Source of the DNA: Macrostomum lignano
Taxonomy: Eukaryota
Direction: 5' to 3'
NCBI GenBank assembly: GCA_002269645.1
Contig: NIVC01002097.1
Coordinates: 1-64,000 of the forward strand
DNA: 64,000 bases
How positions within the stretch are numbered: the first letter of the stretch is position 1; each line of letters opens with the position of its first letter. Below the pieces are notes generated by a model. It worked only from the letters and a program-made list of their open reading frames with translations, was not told the origin of the DNA and did no database searches. Position numbers and translations under genes: made by a program. Below, piece by piece: positions 58,670 to 64,000 of this stretch.

Positions 58670-59434
58670 ATGGTAAAAGCAAAACACAATATTATATTTC
58701 CAAATGATCCTTTTCTTTGTTTAGTAATTGGTGGGTCGGGTAAAGGAAAAACACACTTTGTTTATGACCTGTTTACAACTGATGGAATGCTAGACTATAA
58801 TAATTTATTAATTTACACTAACAAACCTAGAATAAAATATTATGAATTTCTTAAACATGGATTAAAAAACAAATTAAAAAAAGATGTGTTGTTTAGAATG
58901 TTAAGAGCATATGAGCAATATGAGGATGATGATGAACCACGATTTACACTCGATGACATTGAGGATTTATGTAAAACAACGGCACAAATATCAGAAAACA
59001 CCACCGAGAGATCCCCAACTGTTAGAGTATCAACCCGATTAGCCTATGATCAAATTCCAAAAAACGATAAAACACTAATTATTTTTGACGATTGTATTAA
59101 CGATGGCGATCAAGAATTGCAAAAGGAAATTTTTGTTAGTGGTAGAGGTGATGGAATTGGAGCTTTTTATCTAACACAGTCCTTTAGAGAATTAGAATCG
59201 ATTATAAAAAAGAATGCTAGTTGTTGTGTAATGTTTGATTTAGATAACTATGATTTACAAAATATACACGCTAGATTTAATCCTGGGTTGGATACAAAAC
59301 CATTTAAAAGTATGTGTAAAAAAATTTGGGATGATAATCATTATAGACACATATATATCAACCCTAGGTTACCCAGAAAAGATCGAATCTTACCAAATTT
59401 GATAAAAGAAGATAATGAGGAAGAAGAGACTTAG
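58670..59434 (+). CDS. A32/FtsK-like genome-packaging ATPase
   Basis: Walker A GGSGKGKT, Walker B LIIFDD, GRGDGIGAFYLTQS arginine-finger/sensor region. Confidence 0.93.
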   Translation: MVKAKHNIIFPNDPFLCLVIGGSGKGKTHFVYDLFTTDGMLDYNNLLIYTNKPRIKYYEFLKHGLKNKLKKDVLFRMLRAYEQYEDDDEPRFTLDDIEDLCKTTAQISENTTERSPTVRVSTRLAYDQIPKNDKTLIIFDDCINDGDQELQKEIFVSGRGDGIGAFYLTQSFRELESIIKKNASCCVMFDLDNYDLQNIHARFNPGLDTKPFKSMCKKIWDDNHYRHIYINPRLPRKDRILPNLIKEDNEEEET

Positions 59435-59451
59435 TTTTATCCACTATAAAA

Positions 59452-60237
59452 ATGACTACAAATTTAAATACTATAAAACAATTGGTAGATCGAACTAATT
59501 CAAAATTTAGTACAACCTTACAGTTTATAATGACAACCAGCGAGCAACGGATTCAATTGCGCGATCCGTTACAACTTGATCAAAGCCTAAGTTATCAAAT
59601 AGGTTTGATATTATTTTCTGTTTTTAACATGCCTCAATTAATTAATGCAACAAATAATCAATTTAGATATTCTAAAGATTCAGGAGCCAATTGGACAACA
59701 TTTAGTGTTAGCCCGGGTGCGTATTCCTATACCGATTTGAATGCTTATATAGAAGGAGAATTAACAGCTAACGGCGATTGGGTAGCAGGTGCGATTGTTA
59801 TAGGTGTTGATTTACCATCTGGCAGATTCACACTATCATTACAATCCGGATATCAGGTTGATTTCACAATTGCAAATTCACTCCGAACCATACTAGGATT
59901 TAATTCCCGAATAGTTACCACATCAAGCACCGGCGATACAGTTGGAAATATTGAGGGTGGAGTCAATACAATTAATATAACAACCGACATATCAAACGGC
60001 GGTTATATAACAGACGATAACGGAGTTTTGGTTCAACGTGGAATTATTTATTCAATCCCATTTCTTGCTGTTCCAATTGGAGAGAAAATGATTGTTTCAC
60101 CCCAAACCCCAATATATTATCCTTTAAATCAATATAACGTTCAATCAATTTATATTAGGATTGTAGATGAAACCGATAGGTTAATAAGTTTTGGTGGGCA
60201 GTCAATAACAGTGATTTTACGTATAAAACAGGTTTAA
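59452..60237 (+). CDS. Minor capsid (penton) protein, 261 aa
   Basis: Polinton PX-like pattern: PLQLD..YQIGL, INATNNQFRY, SPGAYSYTDLN, SLRTILGF, IYYPL..IYIRIVDETDRLISFGGQ. Confidence 0.85.
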   Translation: MTTNLNTIKQLVDRTNSKFSTTLQFIMTTSEQRIQLRDPLQLDQSLSYQIGLILFSVFNMPQLINATNNQFRYSKDSGANWTTFSVSPGAYSYTDLNAYIEGELTANGDWVAGAIVIGVDLPSGRFTLSLQSGYQVDFTIANSLRTILGFNSRIVTTSSTGDTVGNIEGGVNTINITTDISNGGYITDDNGVLVQRGIIYSIPFLAVPIGEKMIVSPQTPIYYPLNQYNVQSIYIRIVDETDRLISFGGQSITVILRIKQV

Positions 60238-60280
60238 CCGAACCTTTGGTTCGAGGACTTCGTCCGTTTCCCATAGTAAA

Positions 60281-60485
60281 AATGGGTAACAACAATGTTT
60301 TCGTGCAAAGCACGCGAACCGAAGGTGCGATAAAAAAACAATCAAATAAAGTTCAAAATGCAAAGGATAATTATGAAATCGAATTAACAAAATTGAAACA
60401 ATTACAGGCAGAAAAAATCCGAAAGGAACTGTTAAAATCCAAACCTACGAAACTAACCAAAACCAAGAGTTTTTCAGGAACATAA
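60281..60485 (+). CDS. Small basic hypothetical protein (MGNNNV...)
   Basis: TAAAAATG at 60281; Lys-rich, coiled-coil-like. Confidence 0.55.
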
Positions 60486-60486
60486 A

Positions 60487-60926
60487 ATGACTATGACGTG
60501 GAGCGATTTTAAACAAAGATATGGAACAGACACAACAAGCAATATCGAATTAACAAATTGGGCGCGGCAATTAAAAATAAAACCATTCAGATGTGTTATG
60601 CGGGATGAGATAAAAGACTTACCAATATATGGATGTTACATTGTTAATATTGAAACTACAAAAGAAAATGGTGTTCATTGGTCAGCAGTTTATTCAAAAC
60701 CTAAACTTGTTTATTTTTTTGATTCATATGCACTTCCTCCGTTACAGGAAATAAAAGACAAATTTAATCATACTAAAAATCGTTTATGTGGAGATCACCA
60801 CAACAGTTTCAAACATTTGATAAAAGTTATTGCGGACAAGCGGCGTTGTATTTTTTATATAGAATTAACAACTCTAAGGAAAGACCCGAAGACTTTAAAT
60901 ATATCATACAAAGTATGCGAACCTAA
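60487..60926 (+). CDS. Adenain-like cysteine protease, frameshifted near 60795
   Basis: GVHWSAVY (His) and FFDSY (Asp) in the annotated frame; the catalytic half RSPQQFQTFDKSYCGQAALYFL...MRT* lies in a different frame ending at 60926. Confidence 0.85.
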
Positions 60927-60993
60927 GGTTCGATCGGACGGAGTCCGCGTGCCATAGGCACGATTTTAGATTCTATAAAATAGACAGTAAAAA

Positions 60994-63045
60994 ATGTTAT
61001 TTTCTGGAACACCCTCATGGAACGGAACATCAAGTACTGGTGGTGGTACAAGTGGTGGAATAAGTGTTACATTCGGAGATAATCGATATATTAATGAAGA
61101 TGAAGGTTATAAAAAAAGTGAAATTGATACTACGAGTAAACTAAATTTAAAAAGAAATGTTGCAGATTCCTATACCAAAACTCAAATAGATGATTCATTA
61201 AATTTAAAACGGAATGTTGCAGATTCCTATACCAAAACAGAGGTTGACACTGGGTTAAATTTAAAAAGAGATATAACTGATTCTTATTCTCGAACTCAAA
61301 TAGATGATTCATTAAATTTAAAACGCAATACTGCCGATTCTTATACCAAAACTGAAGTTGATAATTCATTAAATTTAAAAAGAGATATATCTGATTCCTA
61401 TACCAAAACCGAAGTTGATAATTCCCTAAATTTAAAAAGAGATATAGCTGATTCTTATACCAAAACCGAAGTTGATAATTCCCTAAATTTAAAAAGAGAT
61501 ATAGCTGATTCCTATACCAAAACCGAAGTTGATAATTCCCTAAATTTAAAAAGAGATATAGCTGATTCTTATACCAAAACGGAGGTTGATAATTTAGTTG
61601 GAGGTGGAGCCCCAAAACAAGATCGATTCCAAACGGTTGAAACCGGCCACATACCTACCATGGCAGATTGGAGTGGAAATGGTTTTGCAATAACCACAAG
61701 TAGTGAATTTAATACAACCGATTTTGCAAGTTGGAAAGCTTTTGATGGTGACGATTCAACAGATTGGGCAACAAGTAATACTCAAACCGATTATTGGATT
61801 CAAGTCCAATGTCCTTCCGCGATAATGTGTTATAAAATTGATTTACGTGGGAGACCGTCACCTTCAACCGAACACCCAGCATCGTGGCGATTTGAGGGCA
61901 GTAATGACAATACGAGTTGGGATGTTTTAATACCTGCGGATAGTTCTGTAGAAATAAATAACTCAACTCAAACAATTAATGTCACACAAAATTTTGATAA
62001 AACATATTCATATTTCAGATTGTTCTGTCTTACATCAACATCAGGTTCAACCAACCCAGGTCTGTCAACCTTTCAGATTTATAGACAGACGTTTACAATT
62101 CTTGATTTAAATTTAGGAGTAGTTAATCAATCAATTGATATGGGTGGTAATACAATTACTAATATCTCTACTATAAACAATAACAGTTCTGTTGTTACTA
62201 AAGGTTATGTTGATACGCGAGTAACCCAAACGGCAGATGGCCGAATGTCTTTTAACGATAAAATAAAATTGGATGGAATACCTGCAATCGATGCCGCTTT
62301 GTACGAACCCGTAATTTGCAATTGGACTGGATATCAAAACCCAACCACAGCCGGTGATATTTTTCCAACTGGAAGTTTTGTTGGAGATGCTTCTTATATT
62401 GATTATCAAAATGGAGCTAGAATTACTGATGAAGCATCTGGTCGGTCTGGAGCGTTACAATTTAATTTCACCCATTTTCGTAATATCTCCGCCTCCTTCT
62501 ATTTCCGAGTTGCGAATTCTACAGGAACAGGAGCTGATGCGGTTTGGTTTTATGCATATTGTCATGAACGACCAACAACCGAATTTGGATCCGGGTTAAC
62601 AACCAACGCCGGCTTGATAGTGTTTGCTAGTGAATGGCACGACCGAGTTGGAGTTCTTTGGAGCAATATAAAATCAGACGGTGCAACAGTTCGTAATGAT
62701 GTTCTTAATGACGCAGATCAAACTATAACCTATGCTAATATTGATAATGGTGATTGGCATCTTTTTGAAATTAATATTTTAAATCAAAGAATTTGGTATC
62801 AAATAAGCACATACAATGTTTCAGCTGAAACATATACGCTAATTGGGCAAAACTTTTTTACATATGATAGTGGCACTTGGGGAGAGTTAGATAAAACGGG
62901 AACTCTTATGGGTTTTGGTGCTCGAACCGGAGGGGCGGATGCTGCACATTTTATTCGTGGCGCTGCCGTTTGTGGTAGCACATCAGCCGGCTATGATTTT
63001 GCTGCGACCGCATATTTGGAACGGCCACAAACTCAGATAACCTAA
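60994..63045 (+). CDS. Fibre/spike-like protein: 19-aa tandem repeats, F5/8C discoidin domain, fibre motif, C-terminal L-type-lectin-like domain
   Basis: ~8-9 x SYTKTEVDNSLNLKRDIAD; WKAFDGDDSTDWAT..YWIQVQ..WRFEGSND (discoidin); IDMGGNTITNI..VVTKGYVD; GALQF..ADAVWF..WHLFEI..FGARTGG (ConA-like). Confidence 0.7.
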   Translation: MLFSGTPSWNGTSSTGGGTSGGISVTFGDNRYINEDEGYKKSEIDTTSKLNLKRNVADSYTKTQIDDSLNLKRNVADSYTKTEVDTGLNLKRDITDSYSRTQIDDSLNLKRNTADSYTKTEVDNSLNLKRDISDSYTKTEVDNSLNLKRDIADSYTKTEVDNSLNLKRDIADSYTKTEVDNSLNLKRDIADSYTKTEVDNLVGGGAPKQDRFQTVETGHIPTMADWSGNGFAITTSSEFNTTDFASWKAFDGDDSTDWATSNTQTDYWIQVQCPSAIMCYKIDLRGRPSPSTEHPASWRFEGSNDNTSWDVLIPADSSVEINNSTQTINVTQNFDKTYSYFRLFCLTSTSGSTNPGLSTFQIYRQTFTILDLNLGVVNQSIDMGGNTITNISTINNNSSVVTKGYVDTRVTQTADGRMSFNDKIKLDGIPAIDAALYEPVICNWTGYQNPTTAGDIFPTGSFVGDASYIDYQNGARITDEASGRSGALQFNFTHFRNISASFYFRVANSTGTGADAVWFYAYCHERPTTEFGSGLTTNAGLIVFASEWHDRVGVLWSNIKSDGATVRNDVLNDADQTITYANIDNGDWHLFEINILNQRIWYQISTYNVSAETYTLIGQNFFTYDSGTWGELDKTGTLMGFGARTGGADAAHFIRGAAVCGSTSAGYDFAATAYLERPQTQIT

Positions 63046-63125
63046 ATAACTTAAATAACTTAAATAACCTAAATCAGCTAATGCTGCGACCCTACGGGGC
63101 GATAACCTAAATATTTCTATATAAA

Positions 63126-63729
63126 ATGGCTTTTAGTAGAACTCCATCGATGAGACAAAATAACAATGTTATCATTCCTATTCCTAAACAAGAATCAAAT
63201 ATAAAAACTTTTAAATCTCATACCAAATATTTATTTAGCAATGTGAATGTTCAGGATAATAAGAAACTTCAAGAATTAATTAAATTATTAAAAAACCATA
63301 TTATCCTTCAAGAGTTTTGGAAAATTGGATTTAAATGGGAGAAAAAAGAAAGAATCACTCCGATACAATACCTATTGAGCTCGGGACAAATCCCCAAAGA
63401 GCCCTATTGCAGCCAAGGTCTGAACCGCGCCGGACGCCCCCCTTTCCCGCGCCAGACATCTACCCGTACCGCGCCAGGGCCAGTCCCCAGGATCAGTGAT
63501 TTGGTTCAATTTTCCCATGCCCCGCGCCACGCCACCGCGCGCCGCCGCCACACGACACGCCACCGCGCGCCGCCGCCACGCGCCGCGCCGCTGCCGCGCG
63601 CCGCGCCGCCGCCAGGCCAATCCGCGCCGGACGCCGTCCACGAAAATGGCCATTGGCTGCAATAGGGCCAAAGAGCGTGGGGAATTCATTTTAGTGCTAT
63701 TAAAAATAGACGAAAATGTCGGTATCTGA
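63126..63729 (+). pseudogene. Polinton ORF (109 aa when restored) interrupted by a MITE
   Basis: Removing 63402-63675 (element plus one TSD) gives 330 nt in frame: ...SSGQIPKE|RGEFILVLLKIDENVGI*. Confidence 0.8.
63402..63667. mobile_element. GC-rich MITE (266 bp), 15-bp TIRs, 8-bp TSD
   Basis: CCCTATTGCAGCCAA / TTGGCTGCAATAGGG; TSD CCAAAGAG at 63394-63401 and 63668-63675. Confidence 0.92.
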
Positions 63730-64000
63730 AGCAGATAAAAGGGAACGTGACCATTTTAATCAACGTAAGGGTCACATGTTAAGTAATGTTGATCGTATTA
63801 ACTATGATTATGATTTATATGCTAAAAAAGTAAGAAGGATTTCAAACCATATCAGAAATATGGATTTTTTCAATATTGGATTTGGAAGCTTATCAATGTT
63901 ATGTGTAATCGTTTTAGGTATTTTACAATCTGTTCCAACTCTTAATTTATCTCAATTATTTTTAGGTATTTCAATTGGTTCAATATCAGGATTTGAATTA
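63716..64000 (+). CDS. Partial membrane-protein ORF open to the window edge
   Basis: AAAATG at 63716; 95 codons without a stop; hydrophobic IGFGSLSMLCVIVLGILQSV and LFLGISIGSISG segments. Confidence 0.6.
   Translation, partial: MSVSEADKRERDHFNQRKGHMLSNVDRINYDYDLYAKKVRRISNHIRNMDFFNIGFGSLSMLCVIVLGILQSVPTLNLSQLFLGISIGSISGFEL

Larger units (their letters stand above)
53335..64000. mobile_element. Polinton/Maverick (adintovirus-like) endogenous virus, left part; continues beyond the window
   Basis: AGTAGTAG terminus at 53335; abrupt shift to AT-rich, gene-dense, intron-poor DNA; rve integrase, DJR major capsid, A32-like ATPase, penton, adenain. pPolB not seen within the window. Confidence 0.93.

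Noticed and set aside
63372-63729. Arg/Pro/Ala-rich ORFs near the right end
   Set aside because: Produced by the GC-rich MITE insertion.

Overview
Animal (invertebrate) nuclear DNA rich in minisatellites; the host species cannot be determined from the sequence. Contents: (1) a non-autonomous Ty3/Gypsy-like LTR element on the minus strand (2.2-kb LTR, tRNA-Leu PBS, gag, protease, no pol, accessory ORFs and an array of PBS-like motifs) that runs off the left edge; (2) three host genes on the minus strand: an intronless invertebrate-type dopamine receptor, a 3-exon 5-HT7-like receptor and a BIR-UBA-RING IAP; (3) DNA transposons (PHD-FLYWCH MULE with TIRs/TSD, a Harbinger deletion derivative, several MITEs) and a decayed non-LTR RT; (4) from 53.3 kb to the right edge, an AT-rich Polinton/Maverick (adintovirus-like) endogenous virus with integrase, major and minor capsid, packaging ATPase, adenain protease and a lectin-tipped fibre-like protein (no pPolB within the window). 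Top finding: a 325-nt insertion in the Polinton PLA2-integrase gene (55378-55702, minus) that can be folded by hand into a complete group I self-splicing intron (P1-P9 with a P5abc extension). Removing it rejoins the split PLA2 motif in frame, and an HNH endonuclease ORF is fused in frame directly upstream. All calls are from manual motif reading; no searches were run.
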